From Chthonomonadaceae bacterium (GTDB lineage: Bacteria; Armatimonadota; Chthonomonadetes; Chthonomonadales; Chthonomonadaceae): DNA of 64,000 bases. The notes beneath the pieces are model-generated. The model was not told the origin of the DNA. It searched no databases and was given only the letters and a program-made list of their open reading frames with translations. Shown here in pieces: positions 17,888-27,968 of this stretch (positions are counted from its first letter, which is position 1; each line of letters begins with the position of its first letter). Location of the stretch: the NCBI GenBank assembly GCA_043762265.1, contig JAYUMV010000239.1, positions 2,142 to 66,141 on the forward strand, read 5' to 3'. The translations under genes were made by a program, and so were the position numbers.

Positions 17888-20800
17888 ATGCAGAGGCACA
17901 ACCCCGTGGCTTGTGAGGGCTCTCAGGTTAGAACAGCAGGATTTGAGGGTGGCAGAGTCGCAATGAGAGGAGCGAATCATTATCCCCACGGAGCCGCGAA
18001 CACATTGGACACAGGGCAACAGACAGAAGTCATATGGCGGATCGAACTCCTGGGAGGCGTGTCTCTTTCACGTGGGGGGGAACAACGTCCTCCCTTTAAA
18101 ACGCGCCGTATGACACGCCTGTTGGCGCGTCTCGCCTGTTTTCCGGACAGGGCGCATGCCCGTGACATCCTGGCAGAAGAGTTGTGGCCGGAAGAGGACC
18201 CGGAAGCGATTCGGGAGCGGTTTCGGCAGACCCTGGCGCTATTGCGGCGCGAGTTGGAGCCTGCGGACGTTTCGGCCGGAAGCGTTCTGATTGCGGACCG
18301 CTCCACGGTGCGTTTAGCTCCTCGATCCTTCACCACCGATATTGCGGATTTTACCGCAGCGCTCCGCATGGCCGCCACCGAGACCGATCTTGTTCGGCAG
18401 ATCGCGCCATTGCGGCAAGCGGTCACGCTCTATCGCGGCGATCTAATGCCGGGGTTCGATGAAGACTGGATACAGACCGAGCGCCTGCATCTGGCGGAAC
18501 GCTCCCGGCAGGCGCTGGTCCGCCTGACCATGCTGCTCGCCTCGGGAGGGCAATGGGAAGAGGCCATCGAAACGGCGCGTCGGACCATCACCGCCGATCC
18601 CCTGCATGAGGAGGCGCACTGCATGCTGATCCGCCTCTTCGCGCAGTCGGGGCGTATGGCGGATGCGCACCGGCAGTACGAAGCGTTGGAACGGCTCCTG
18701 AAGGAGCAGATGAACCTGGAACCCGCTGCGGCAACGCAGGATCTCATGCGGGAGTTGCGCAGCGGACTCACGTTGGCCTCTTTGCTTTCGGTCTCCCCGC
18801 AACCTCCAGTCGTCGTAGCCCCGCTGGAACCGACTCTTCCAGCACAGACTGTCGCTCCTCCCACAGCCGTCCTGCCACATCCGATGACACGTTTCTACGG
18901 TCGTGAGGCGGAAATAGAACAACTGACAGCGCTGCTCTCACCTCAAGGTGTCCCCTCCAACGCGCCGCCGCCGCTCGTCACTTTGACTGGGCAGGGGGGA
19001 GCCGGGAAGACGCGTCTCGCGCTGGAGGTCGCCCGGCGACTGGCCCCGTCCTACGCGCAGGCGGTCTGGTTTGTGCCGCTTGCCGATGTCCTCTCCCCCG
19101 AACGTATAGGGGATGCGGTCTGTGAGACGCTGGAACTAGCGCGTTCCGGACAGTCCGATCCGATCCAACAGGCCATCGCGTTTCTGCGTGGATATCCGAA
19201 CGCGCTTTTGATCTTCGACAATTTCGAACATCTCCAGGAGGAGGGAACGCCGGTGCTGCAGGCGCTGCGTCACCGGCTGCCGCACCTCGCCTGTCTGGTC
19301 ACCTCGCGCCATAAACTCAATCTGGACGGGGAGCGCGATCTGACTCTCTCTCCACTCGCCACTCCGGAGGGGGAGCAGAGCAGCGAACAGTTGCAGAGTT
19401 ATCCGAGTGTGCAGCTTTTCCTGGACCGTGCGCAGGCCGCACGCTACTCTTTCGCCCTGACGCCAGCGAATGCAGATGCCATTGCGACGCTGGTGCAGCA
19501 GCTCGAAGGGCTTCCACTGGCGATCGAACTGGCGGCAGCCTGGGCCGCGACACTCACGCCGGAACAGATCCTGCTGCGTCTGTCGCATCGCTTTGAACTT
19601 CTCGTCAGTCGGCGTAGAGACGCTCCGCAGCGGCATCGCAGTCTGCAAGCGGTGCTGGAAGGCAGCGTTCAACTGTTGCCCCCCTGGCTGCAGAAGCTCT
19701 ATGCGCAACTCTCTGTCTTTCGCGGGGGATGGACTCTGGAAGCGGTAGAACAGGTGGCGCGGGTGCCCACGACGACCAGCGTCGGAACTCTGCACTATAT
19801 GGAAGGGCTGGCGCTGCTTCAGGAGCGCTCCTTCGTGCACTCGGAGGAGGCGGACGCGGAGATGCGCTACTCGCTTCTGGAATCCTTGCGAAAGTTCGGC
19901 GCGGAGCAGTTGACCGCAGAAGAGCAACGGAGTCTGGCGCAGCGGCATGCCGCTTTCTATCTTGTGCTGGCAACGGAGGCCCAGGCACATCTGCGCACAC
20001 CGGCAGAAAAACAGTGGTTCGACCGCCTGGAGCTAGAGAACGAGAACTTGCGTGCGGCTCTGGGGTGGGCGCTCGCAAACGAGCCGGATACCGCCTTGCA
20101 GATGACGGCGCGTCTTCCTCACTTCTGGATGACGCGTGGTTTTGCGCGGGAGGGCAGCGATTGGCTGCATCGGGCGCTGCGGTGTCCCGCAGAAGTCTCG
20201 ACGGTACGCGCGGAAGCGCTCAATGGGTTGGCGCTGATGAAGTTCTCCCTGAGCGAGTACGATGCCGGTAAGGCGTGGGCGCTGGAGAGCCTGAAGGCGC
20301 GGCGAGAGTTGGAGGATCCGCAGGGAACCGCGAAGACCCTCAACACCCTGGGAGCGATTTTGATGGAACAGGGCGACTATCGTGAAGCGCAGACCTGCTA
20401 TGAGGAGTGCCTCGGTCTGCACCGCCTGACCGGCCATCGCATGGGCGAATCGATCGTGCTGGCCAACCTGGGCAATCTGGTCTATGGCCAGGGAGAGTAC
20501 GCCATGGCCTGCAACTACTACGAGGCGTGCCTGGAAGCACGACGCGCGCTGGGCGATCGGCGTGGGATCGCGGCGGCCCTCGACTACATGGCGCGGGCCG
20601 TGCGAGAGCAAGGCGACTACGGGAGGGCCTGCGATCTGCATGCCGAGAGTCTGGACATGCGGCGCGAACTCAACGACAAACAGAGCGTGGCCCTTTCGTT
20701 GAATCATATGGCCTTCGCGAAAATCCTGATGGGAGAAAAGGTTGTGGCCCGCACTCTGCTGGAAGAGAGCCTGGTCTACTCTCGGGAGATCGGGGATAAA

Positions 20801-21178
20801 GCAGGAGTCGCGGAAGCGTTCTCTCTTTTAGGAGAACTGGCACGTCAGGACAATGCCGGAACGAGTCCCCGGGGGTACTGGTCGGAGAGCCTGACGATCT
20901 GGCAGGAGATGGGAGATAGAGCCAGCACGGTCGCCCTCCTGGAATCCTTTGCAGGACTGGTGCATTCCGAAGGCCAAAGCGATGCGGCAGCGCAACTGCT
21001 CGGCTTTGCCGAGGCCCTGCGCACCGAAATCTTCTCTCCCCTGCGACCCTCCAGCCTCCCTCGCTACGCACAGACCCTGGATGCTGTCCGTGCCGCCCTG
21101 GGGTCCGAAGCGTTCGAGGCTGCTTGGACCGTAGGGCGCTCTCTTACCCTTGAACAGGCGATTCGCCTGGTTCTCTAA
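17888..21178 (+). CDS. SARP/AfsR-like regulator: wHTH + BTAD + NB-ARC + long TPR array
   Basis: VIWRIELLGGVSLSRGG..FKTRRMTRLLARLA. Walker A GQGGAGKTRLALE. About 8 TPR units at the C-terminus. The true start is probably downstream (ATG 17963 or TTG 18005), because the paralogues start about 5 aa before the WR(I/V) motif. Confidence 0.9.
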   Translation: MQRHNPVACEGSQVRTAGFEGGRVAMRGANHYPHGAANTLDTGQQTEVIWRIELLGGVSLSRGGEQRPPFKTRRMTRLLARLACFPDRAHARDILAEELWPEEDPEAIRERFRQTLALLRRELEPADVSAGSVLIADRSTVRLAPRSFTTDIADFTAALRMAATETDLVRQIAPLRQAVTLYRGDLMPGFDEDWIQTERLHLAERSRQALVRLTMLLASGGQWEEAIETARRTITADPLHEEAHCMLIRLFAQSGRMADAHRQYEALERLLKEQMNLEPAAATQDLMRELRSGLTLASLLSVSPQPPVVVAPLEPTLPAQTVAPPTAVLPHPMTRFYGREAEIEQLTALLSPQGVPSNAPPPLVTLTGQGGAGKTRLALEVARRLAPSYAQAVWFVPLADVLSPERIGDAVCETLELARSGQSDPIQQAIAFLRGYPNALLIFDNFEHLQEEGTPVLQALRHRLPHLACLVTSRHKLNLDGERDLTLSPLATPEGEQSSEQLQSYPSVQLFLDRAQAARYSFALTPANADAIATLVQQLEGLPLAIELAAAWAATLTPEQILLRLSHRFELLVSRRRDAPQRHRSLQAVLEGSVQLLPPWLQKLYAQLSVFRGGWTLEAVEQVARVPTTTSVGTLHYMEGLALLQERSFVHSEEADAEMRYSLLESLRKFGAEQLTAEEQRSLAQRHAAFYLVLATEAQAHLRTPAEKQWFDRLELENENLRAALGWALANEPDTALQMTARLPHFWMTRGFAREGSDWLHRALRCPAEVSTVRAEALNGLALMKFSLSEYDAGKAWALESLKARRELEDPQGTAKTLNTLGAILMEQGDYREAQTCYEECLGLHRLTGHRMGESIVLANLGNLVYGQGEYAMACNYYEACLEARRALGDRRGIAAALDYMARAVREQGDYGRACDLHAESLDMRRELNDKQSVALSLNHMAFAKILMGEKVVARTLLEESLVYSREIGDKAGVAEAFSLLGELARQDNAGTSPRGYWSESLTIWQEMGDRASTVALLESFAGLVHSEGQSDAAAQLLGFAEALRTEIFSPLRPSSLPRYAQTLDAVRAALGSEAFEAAWTVGRSLTLEQAIRLVL

Positions 21179-21221
21179 TCCTGCACCTCCCCCACTCCCC
21201 GAGTCTTGCTGAACTTTCAAA

Positions 21222-21287
21222 ATATCACGGTAAACTCCGCATATATCACGCCTTTGTCATGAAGATGTTACGTTGGAAGTGTATCCT
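21222..21287 (+). promoter_or_regulatory. Activator-type promoter: ATATCACG / ATATCACG / ATGTTACG (21–22-nt spacing) - 9 nt - TATCCT
   Basis: Repeats at 21222, 21243 and 21265; TATCCT at 21282-21287. Lies inside the ORF-track start extension (21259), which supports the ATG at 21337 as the real start. Confidence 0.5.
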
Positions 21288-21336
21288 ACCTGCAACACCG
21301 CGACCCCACAGGGCGCGGATCTATGGGAGGAACCTC

Positions 21337-22431
21337 ATGAAAACGCGAATGACGATGAATGTGCTCTCCGCCTTGCTCCTGCTCCTGGCCCTGACGCCAC
21401 GAGCCCATGCCGACGCCGCCGGGCCGACGGTGCTCAAACCCAGTATGAATATCATGGTGACGCGCTACCTGCGTTATTTCCCCACGCCGACGGCGGCGGA
21501 GCCCACCTACAACACCTGGAGTTGGCGGCCCCGTTTCAACTTCACCCTGGCCGGTCCGATTACGGGCGGCAGCCAGATCAGCATCTCTTTCTTCAAGCCG
21601 GACGGCAGCGCCTGGCTGACTATGCCGTTGCCGGTAAATGAGATTGCCGAAGGACAGACGGTCCCGGTCGTCAATCCCAACGACTCCACGCAGGACGCCG
21701 AGCGCCACACGACAACGCTAATCGGCACCTTCACCTTCAAAATCAATATGAAGAACCCGCTGACGAGCACCAACAAGACGCTCTATGCCGGTAAATTCAC
21801 GGTCAACAAGTTCCATGTCGGCCCCAACCTTCCGGCGAACGCGCATCAGTGGGACTACTATGTCGAGCACGACTGGCTGCTGCCCATCGGCTACCTGGGC
21901 TGGAAACAGGATCCGAGCGAGCAGGCGCCGCAGCTGATGTCGCTGATGTGGTTCCGGGGCGATCTGAAGCAGGAACAGGTCTCGGCCTACATGTACTACA
22001 AGGGCAAGCAGATCAGTAGCACGGGCAATTCGGAGCAGGGCAGCAGCTATCCGCAGTACAGCCTCATCCCGCCGAGCACGCCGGAAGATCCGCGTTGGGT
22101 AGGATTTGTCTTCCGCTTCTTCAACGTCGCAACGACCAACAAGAAGACCACCGACAACCCCTTGACGGACACCTTTTTCCTGGACAAGAATCCCGGCGCC
22201 TACGAGATCAAAGTCCTGGTCAAAGGCCAACTGGCGCGGACCACGTCGTTCATGGTCGGTGAGGACGGTAAAGTCGTGGACCCCGGCATCGCCGCTGCCA
22301 ACGGCATCAGCCCGATGCCCATCATCCTGCCGCTGAAGGTGATCGCGGGTGGCGATGTGAAAGTCGTCCCGACGACTTACAAGACGGACGCCTTCTTCGG
22401 CAACCCGCTCAACAAGTTCATGATCCCCTGA
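21337..22431 (+). CDS. Secreted protein, function unknown
   Basis: MKTRMTMNVLSALLLLLALTPRAHA signal peptide. SD GGGAGGAA upstream of the ATG at 21337. No recognisable motif. Confidence 0.75.
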   Translation: MKTRMTMNVLSALLLLLALTPRAHADAAGPTVLKPSMNIMVTRYLRYFPTPTAAEPTYNTWSWRPRFNFTLAGPITGGSQISISFFKPDGSAWLTMPLPVNEIAEGQTVPVVNPNDSTQDAERHTTTLIGTFTFKINMKNPLTSTNKTLYAGKFTVNKFHVGPNLPANAHQWDYYVEHDWLLPIGYLGWKQDPSEQAPQLMSLMWFRGDLKQEQVSAYMYYKGKQISSTGNSEQGSSYPQYSLIPPSTPEDPRWVGFVFRFFNVATTNKKTTDNPLTDTFFLDKNPGAYEIKVLVKGQLARTTSFMVGEDGKVVDPGIAAANGISPMPIILPLKVIAGGDVKVVPTTYKTDAFFGNPLNKFMIP

Positions 22432-22499
22432 TCCGCACTCCACCCTCCTCCGGATAGACCTTCTGTCCGGAGGAAGATCGTTCTCAGGGAGAGAGTCTG

Positions 22500-23087
22500 A
22501 TGGGGCTACACGGAACAACCTTCGTCCAGAAAATCACGACGACCGCGCGTGCGATCAGCGTGGTCGATCCCAAAGAACTGCGGACCGGTCAGGTCGGCAA
22601 GGAGATCGGAGAAGCTGTCCTTGCTCAGTGCGACATCTGTCTCACGGCTCTGGCTTCCGCTCTCAATGTCGAGGCGGAAGCGAGCGGAACGATTACGATT
22701 TCCCTTTGCGAACCCGGTGAGCCGCAGACGATGCCCCTCGCAGCGCTGCAGGTCTGGTGCCGAGAGCGGGCAGGCTGGGCCAACGAAGGCCTTTATCGGG
22801 TTCGCATTCAGCGGGCGCTCTTGCAGGCCAGCGTCTGGGTCGGTGACCTGAACGAACCGGGCGTATTGAGCGAGGACCAGGCCGTTCTCGCAGCGGAGAC
22901 AGGTCGGTATCTGCTCCAGGTGCTGCACGATGCGCAGTCCGCCGGTGTTTCCGAGCGCATGCAGGTTTCCTGGAACTCGACCACGATCACGCTTGCAGCG
23001 GCGACAAAACTCGCCGCCTATGTCGCGACCACCGACAGTCGCCGCAAACTGCTCCTGAAAACCGAGCGTGCGGCACCCGAAATTTAA
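22500..23087 (+). CDS. Hypothetical cytoplasmic protein
   Basis: SD GGGAGAGAG. Protein-like composition, whereas the overlapping minus-strand ORF is R/G-rich. No recognisable motif. Confidence 0.6.
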   Translation: MGLHGTTFVQKITTTARAISVVDPKELRTGQVGKEIGEAVLAQCDICLTALASALNVEAEASGTITISLCEPGEPQTMPLAALQVWCRERAGWANEGLYRVRIQRALLQASVWVGDLNEPGVLSEDQAVLAAETGRYLLQVLHDAQSAGVSERMQVSWNSTTITLAAATKLAAYVATTDSRRKLLLKTERAAPEI

Positions 23088-23122
23088 CCGTTCGAGGGCG
23101 TTCGACGCCCCTTCGAAGGAAC

Positions 23123-23857
23123 ATGACGACAATGAAATCTCACCTGAAAACTTCTCTTACCTTCTGTCTCTTGCTGGCTGCCTCGGCAGGAGGCGCGCAC
23201 GCCGGGCAGAATAGCCATGCGACACACTTCATCGGTGCGCCGAAGGTCGCCGCCAAAGCGGGAGGGCAGGATGCGGGCCTCGACCGCCTGTGCAACAATC
23301 ACTACAATCGCCTCAACCTCCCGGTGGGTAAGATGTCCGATGTCAAACAGACGATCGATGTCGCCCGAAAATCCACCCCAGCGGAGTTAAAAGCTAAGCT
23401 GAATGCCAGCAAAATCACGTTGGAAGAGGCTTCCTGGTATCTCTACTATCTGGGCCAGAAGGCGATCCAAAACGACGATTATAAAGGCTATATCAAGTAT
23501 ATGACCGTTGCTGCCGACGACTATCTCAATCCCTGGGCGATGACCAAACTGGCCAAAGTCTACTACTACGACAAGGCGGAGTGGCAGAAGCAGTTCCCGA
23601 AAGCTCAGATCACGACCGACAAAAATCTGGAGAAGTCCTATGTCTATCTGCAAGTCGCCTTCGTCATCGGCGGCGAGGTCGAGACCGACACCAAGGACAA
23701 CTCTATTCTAACTGGCGTTACCAACGGCGGGCTCGCTCTGAAAGACACCTTCGAAGGCACCGGCGTCAAAGGCTTCAATCCCCAGGCTGCCATCACCAAA
23801 AACAAGGCCGCCATGATCGACAAAGTTAAAACCTTCAAACGCCTCTACGAGAAGTAG
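23123..23857 (+). CDS. Secreted protein, function unknown (lower-GC gene)
   Basis: Signal peptide ..LLLAASAGGAHA. K/Y/D-rich helical sequence. Followed by a terminator. Confidence 0.7.
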   Translation: MTTMKSHLKTSLTFCLLLAASAGGAHAGQNSHATHFIGAPKVAAKAGGQDAGLDRLCNNHYNRLNLPVGKMSDVKQTIDVARKSTPAELKAKLNASKITLEEASWYLYYLGQKAIQNDDYKGYIKYMTVAADDYLNPWAMTKLAKVYYYDKAEWQKQFPKAQITTDKNLEKSYVYLQVAFVIGGEVETDTKDNSILTGVTNGGLALKDTFEGTGVKGFNPQAAITKNKAAMIDKVKTFKRLYEK

Positions 23858-23874
23858 AAGGCAGGTCCGAGGTT

Positions 23875-23902
23875 GCGGCCTGACCAAATCAGGCCGCATT
23901 TT
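23875..23902 (+). terminator. Rho-independent terminator
   Basis: GCGGCCTGA-ccaaa-TCAGGCCGC followed by ATTTTC. Confidence 0.7.
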
Positions 23903-23966
23903 CATGTCTCCCATTGGCACCTCATAAATTGTTTAGCATAGGGCTATTGGCAGGCGAGAAGTAAGT

Positions 23967-25212
23967 ATGCAAGCTACTCAACACACACACGCCTCAATCC
24001 CCCGCTTCCCGCTGAAGCTCTAGCGGAACAAGCCCGCCTCCTCGGCCATGCTGCAAGCGATGGCAACATCGAACAGGTGCGCTCTATTCTCAAAACTTGT
24101 CCCAATGTCGTGCATTTGCGGGGCGGTATTATGCGAAGCACGCCTTTGCACTTTGCCGCCGACCGAGGATTCATTGAGATTGCCTTGCTGCTGCTGGAGG
24201 CTGCCGCTGATGTCAACGCCAGAGAGGAGGCTAGTGGCACAACACCTCTACATTGGGCCGCCGTGAGCGGACATCTCGATATGGCAAAACTCCTCATAGC
24301 GCATAGAGCCCATATCGAAGCAAGGGATGATTGGCACAACCTGGGGCCATTGGGTTGGGCAGCGGCTGTTGCCAACACGCCGCAGCTTCCGATAGTAGAC
24401 TACCTCCTTGAGCAAGGAGCAAAGATGGACATCTTCTCCTCGGTTGCCCTTGGCCGAAAAGACGATGTGCGTAAACTTGCCAAACGGAGATCTGTCTCAC
24501 TTCAACAACGAATGAACAAGATCGAAGACGCGCGCCAACCTTTGCATTACGCCGTCCTCAAAAACCTGCCGGACATGGTAGAGGTGTTGGTCGCCTGCGA
24601 TATGGACGTCAACAGTAAAACAGCATGGGGCTTGACATCGTTATGCCTGGCCAACAGAATTAATGCCACGGTCACGGTGATGATGGAATTGCTGGGTCGC
24701 AGTGGAGCCGAGATAGACTTATCGACTCTGGTGGGAACAGGGCAACTGGTGCAAGCATTGGGATTTCTGGAGCGTAAGGCCTTATTAGGCCCTACGGGAG
24801 CATATCACTTGCTGCTCCACTTCACAGCGCGTGAGAACCTGTCTCAAGCGGCAGCATTACTCTTGATGAAAGGCGCAGATCCCAACGCTTTCGGCAAGCA
24901 AATCGTGGACGAGCTTGTTTGCTCCGTAACTCCATTGCACCGAGCCGCTTCGTATGGACAGTGGAAATGGTACGCGTTCTTTTGGAACATGGCGCCGATC
25001 CGAATAAGCGAAGCAGAGGCTATTGGGATGTAACGGCTTTGCATGTAGCGGCCTGGCGCGGTCATGTGGAGGTCGCTCGGCTCCTGCTCGAACATAGCGC
25101 CAACCCGCGTCTAAAAGATCGGCACCGTGGCGGTACGGCGCTGGATTGGGCGGAAGCACATGACAACATTACTGTCGTGTCCCTTCTGAAACCTCTCATG
25201 CCCGACAAATAA
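23967..25212 (+). pseudogene. Ankyrin-repeat protein gene with two apparent 1-nt deletions
   Basis: ANK units (TPLHFAADRGFIEIALLLLEAAADVN, TPLHWAAVSGHLDMAKLLIAH.., TALHVAAWRGHVEVARLLLEHSANP). The ATG at 23967 leaves the frame at the C5 run 23999-24003. A second shift occurs at about 24960 (..TPLHRAASYGQ|VEMVRVLLEHGADPN). Confidence 0.75.
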
Positions 25213-25291
25213 AAGTTCCGACACACGTCCACAACGGAGGACCTACCGCCCCTAATACAAGACATCGGTATCGTCATGAGTTGGTGTACGA

Positions 25292-25966
25292 TTACCACAT
25301 TGATGGGCGCGAGGGAGTGATGGTGGCTACCAACTCTGCCTGGAGCGTATCGCATCGGGCCATTTCGCGGGCGGCCTCATGGATAGCGGCTACCTCTGCA
25401 TCCAGGGAGCGACAGAGGCTCTCCTCGGCAGGGGCTGCGGGCGCAGCGATGCGTGCGCTGTGCAGAGTGAGGCAGGTAGTATCGAGCAGCGCCTCAATGC
25501 TGTTGAGCCGCAGGGCGCTGTTCGTCTCGGCACGCTCCAGAGCATCGAGCAGATTCCGGGAGTGGCGCTTCTGCTTGCCGGAGAGAGCACGCTGAACCTC
25601 GGACAGCGGAATGGTGTACTGGTCGATGAACGGATCAGGATCGACTCCGAGGGCGACGGAACCGCCGGAGGACTGGAGGTTACAGTCCGGCGCGATTCGA
25701 AAGACGTAGCGATGCGCCTCTCGATCTTCGCTCTCCAGAAGGGGAACGCCCGGCGTCCACTTGAGGTAGCGGTGCCGCTGCGGAATACTCGCCCCTGCGA
25801 CCCATCGATAGACGGCGTCGAAAACCTCCCCCGTATAGCCGAAACGAAGGACGCCCTCCAAAACGATCCTGTAGCCGTATGTCTCTCTCTCCACGAGCGG
25901 CGGGGTCAGGATCTGTCCGCCGCTCGGGTTCAGCGCAAAAGAGCCAATGATGGTGCTGTCAGGCAT
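25292..25966 (-). CDS. Hypothetical protein co-transcribed with the vWA lipoprotein
   Basis: SD GGAAAGGAGAGG. 24 nt downstream of the vWA gene stop. N-terminal half looks beta-rich and the C-terminal half helical. No known motif. Confidence 0.7.
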   Translation of the reverse strand: MPDSTIIGSFALNPSGGQILTPPLVERETYGYRIVLEGVLRFGYTGEVFDAVYRWVAGASIPQRHRYLKWTPGVPLLESEDREAHRYVFRIAPDCNLQSSGGSVALGVDPDPFIDQYTIPLSEVQRALSGKQKRHSRNLLDALERAETNSALRLNSIEALLDTTCLTLHSARIAAPAAPAEESLCRSLDAEVAAIHEAAREMARCDTLQAELVATITPSRPSMW

Positions 25967-25990
25967 GTGCTTCTTCCTCTCCTTTCCCGC

Positions 25991-27952
25991 TCACTGGGTC
26001 ATCCGGTAACCGTTGTAGGTGAGCGACCGGCGCAGGTACGCACCGAACTCACCCTGCGCCAGTTGCTGATTGGTGTTGAGTTGGGCCAGAACAGCCTTGT
26101 AGCTGTTCAGCAGCCGTCCATCCCCGTCCAGATCCTGGTCCTGCCACTCGCGTGCGGCCACTCCCAGCACGGTCATGCGCTCATCGACCTTGCGGATCGC
26201 CTCCGGTACGCGCCCCTGGGCGATGAGAGTCGCGGCATCCGTAAGCGCCTCGCCGGTCTGGAACCCGAGCAGGTTTTTCTTGACGTTGCGATGGATGGAA
26301 TCGATCATGTCCGCGCGGTTCGGAGTGTATTGGATGGCGACCGTGCTTCTGGTTTCGCGATTGGCCTTGAAGGCGAGGTCTTTGTACTTCATGAAGACAT
26401 CCGCAATCCTGCAGGTTCCCTGACCGCGCGGCACGGTAATCTCCAGCATGACGACATGGCTGTCGCCTCGATAGAAGTCGGGGATCAGCATTTTGATGCC
26501 CGGTTCGTCCGGAGTGTGCTGGCGGTTGGACGAAATTCCCAACTCCTCCGCCACCTTGCGATCGATGTGCTTTTCGTCTGCCTTGACGCGGGCGGTCTGT
26601 TGGGCGTCGAGCGTGGAGGAACCGAGTACGCGCACCAGGCCGACGCCATCGGCGAGTTGGATTCGGAGTCGGATCGCTTTCGCGACGACATGAGTCAGGT
26701 CGTCCAACTCCTTCGCAAAGACCTGCCGGGTATCCACGCCATCCCGCAGGAAATGGTAACTGCCCTTGCCGTCGCGCGCGATCCCGAGCATGAGATCCTC
26801 GTTGAACTCGACGCCGACCCCAATGGCGCTGGTCTGTATGTCCTGATCGGCGCTGACGCCGCTCACCAGTTGTTGGAACTGCTTCGGATCCTGAATACCT
26901 GCGGTCACCTCTCCGTCCGAGAGCAGGATCACCCGGTTGACTCCATCGGCGATCCGGTTCTTGGCGGCTTCCCGGTAGCCAAGGCTCAGTCCATCGTAGA
27001 TATTAGTGCCGCCTCCCGGCGCCAGCGCTGCGATCTGTTGCTTGATCCGGGCGCGGTTAGCGCCGCGCTGCGCGGGGACAAGGATCTGGGCGGTATCGTC
27101 GAAGGCGATGAGGGAGAACACATCGTTAGGGCCGAGATGGTCCAGAAGCGAGATCACGGCCGACTTCACGAAATCGAGCTTATGCTCATCGGCCATGGAT
27201 CCGCTGCGGTCGATGACCAGGGCGATGTTGAGCGGCGGACGCCGAGGCGTTTCGCCCTTCATTCCCTGAATCCCGATCTGCAGATAGGTATGATCGCCTT
27301 CTTGAATAACCGTTCCGCGCTCCGTATCCACGTTTAGCCCAAGCGCGGTTTGGGTCGGGATCGGGAACGTCTGCGCGTAAGTTCGGACAAAGGATTCGAG
27401 TTTGACACGCTTGCCATCGACCACTACGCCTGCCTGGATCAGTTTCTCCAGCCGCTCCTTCTCGCCGTTCCCGCCAAGATAGTTGCTCGCAACGTACATG
27501 TTCGGATTGTAAGTTGTCTGTCTGCTGCCGCCGCCCCCTGCAGGCATCACACGCATCGACATGGGGATGCCCCCCACCCTTGCCCCACCAGAAAAGTTGC
27601 TGCTCGCGGAAGGGTACCCGCTGGACATTCTGCTCTTCCCGAGTGACGGCATATACCGAAGCTGCATCGTCGCAGAGGCGGCAGCGGCTACTTTAGCGGA
27701 TGCGTCGTTGGGCACACTTTTTGTAACGTCTGTGGGCATAGCCGCTGCGTCCCGGCTTGCATAGGGAGGCGTGGTCGGAGTGGCACGGGACACCTTTTGT
27801 TCGCCTGCGGTCAGCGCGGCAAGGCTTGCCGGTTGGCTCGACGCAGTTCGGGCAACAGGATTTGACCGTTTGTCCGTCGCCGAACATCCTCCTAAAAGCG
27901 CCAACGCGCTTCCGAGAGCAAAACGGGCTCCGATGGCAACTCGAACATTCAT
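25991..27952 (-). CDS. von Willebrand factor type A (vWA) domain lipoprotein, YfbK-like architecture
   Basis: Lipobox ALALLGGCS. MIDAS motif VIDRSGSM...LIAFDD. vWA-N-like segment (VDGKRVKLESFVRTYAQTFP). Confidence 0.85.
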   Translation of the reverse strand: MNVRVAIGARFALGSALALLGGCSATDKRSNPVARTASSQPASLAALTAGEQKVSRATPTTPPYASRDAAAMPTDVTKSVPNDASAKVAAAASATMQLRYMPSLGKSRMSSGYPSASSNFSGGARVGGIPMSMRVMPAGGGGSRQTTYNPNMYVASNYLGGNGEKERLEKLIQAGVVVDGKRVKLESFVRTYAQTFPIPTQTALGLNVDTERGTVIQEGDHTYLQIGIQGMKGETPRRPPLNIALVIDRSGSMADEHKLDFVKSAVISLLDHLGPNDVFSLIAFDDTAQILVPAQRGANRARIKQQIAALAPGGGTNIYDGLSLGYREAAKNRIADGVNRVILLSDGEVTAGIQDPKQFQQLVSGVSADQDIQTSAIGVGVEFNEDLMLGIARDGKGSYHFLRDGVDTRQVFAKELDDLTHVVAKAIRLRIQLADGVGLVRVLGSSTLDAQQTARVKADEKHIDRKVAEELGISSNRQHTPDEPGIKMLIPDFYRGDSHVVMLEITVPRGQGTCRIADVFMKYKDLAFKANRETRSTVAIQYTPNRADMIDSIHRNVKKNLLGFQTGEALTDAATLIAQGRVPEAIRKVDERMTVLGVAAREWQDQDLDGDGRLLNSYKAVLAQLNTNQQLAQGEFGAYLRRSLTYNGYRMTQ

Positions 27953-27968
27953 AGCGGTTCTCCTTACA

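Noticed and set aside
21259-21336. The ORF-track start (ATG 21259) for the secreted protein
   Set aside because: It has no SD. The extension precedes the signal peptide and overlaps the predicted promoter. The ATG at 21337 has a GGGAGGAA SD.
25379-27337. 652-aa plus-strand ORF
   Set aside because: It is antisense to the vWA lipoprotein gene and its partner, both of which have SD sites and clear motifs. Its composition is low-complexity and R/G/L-rich.
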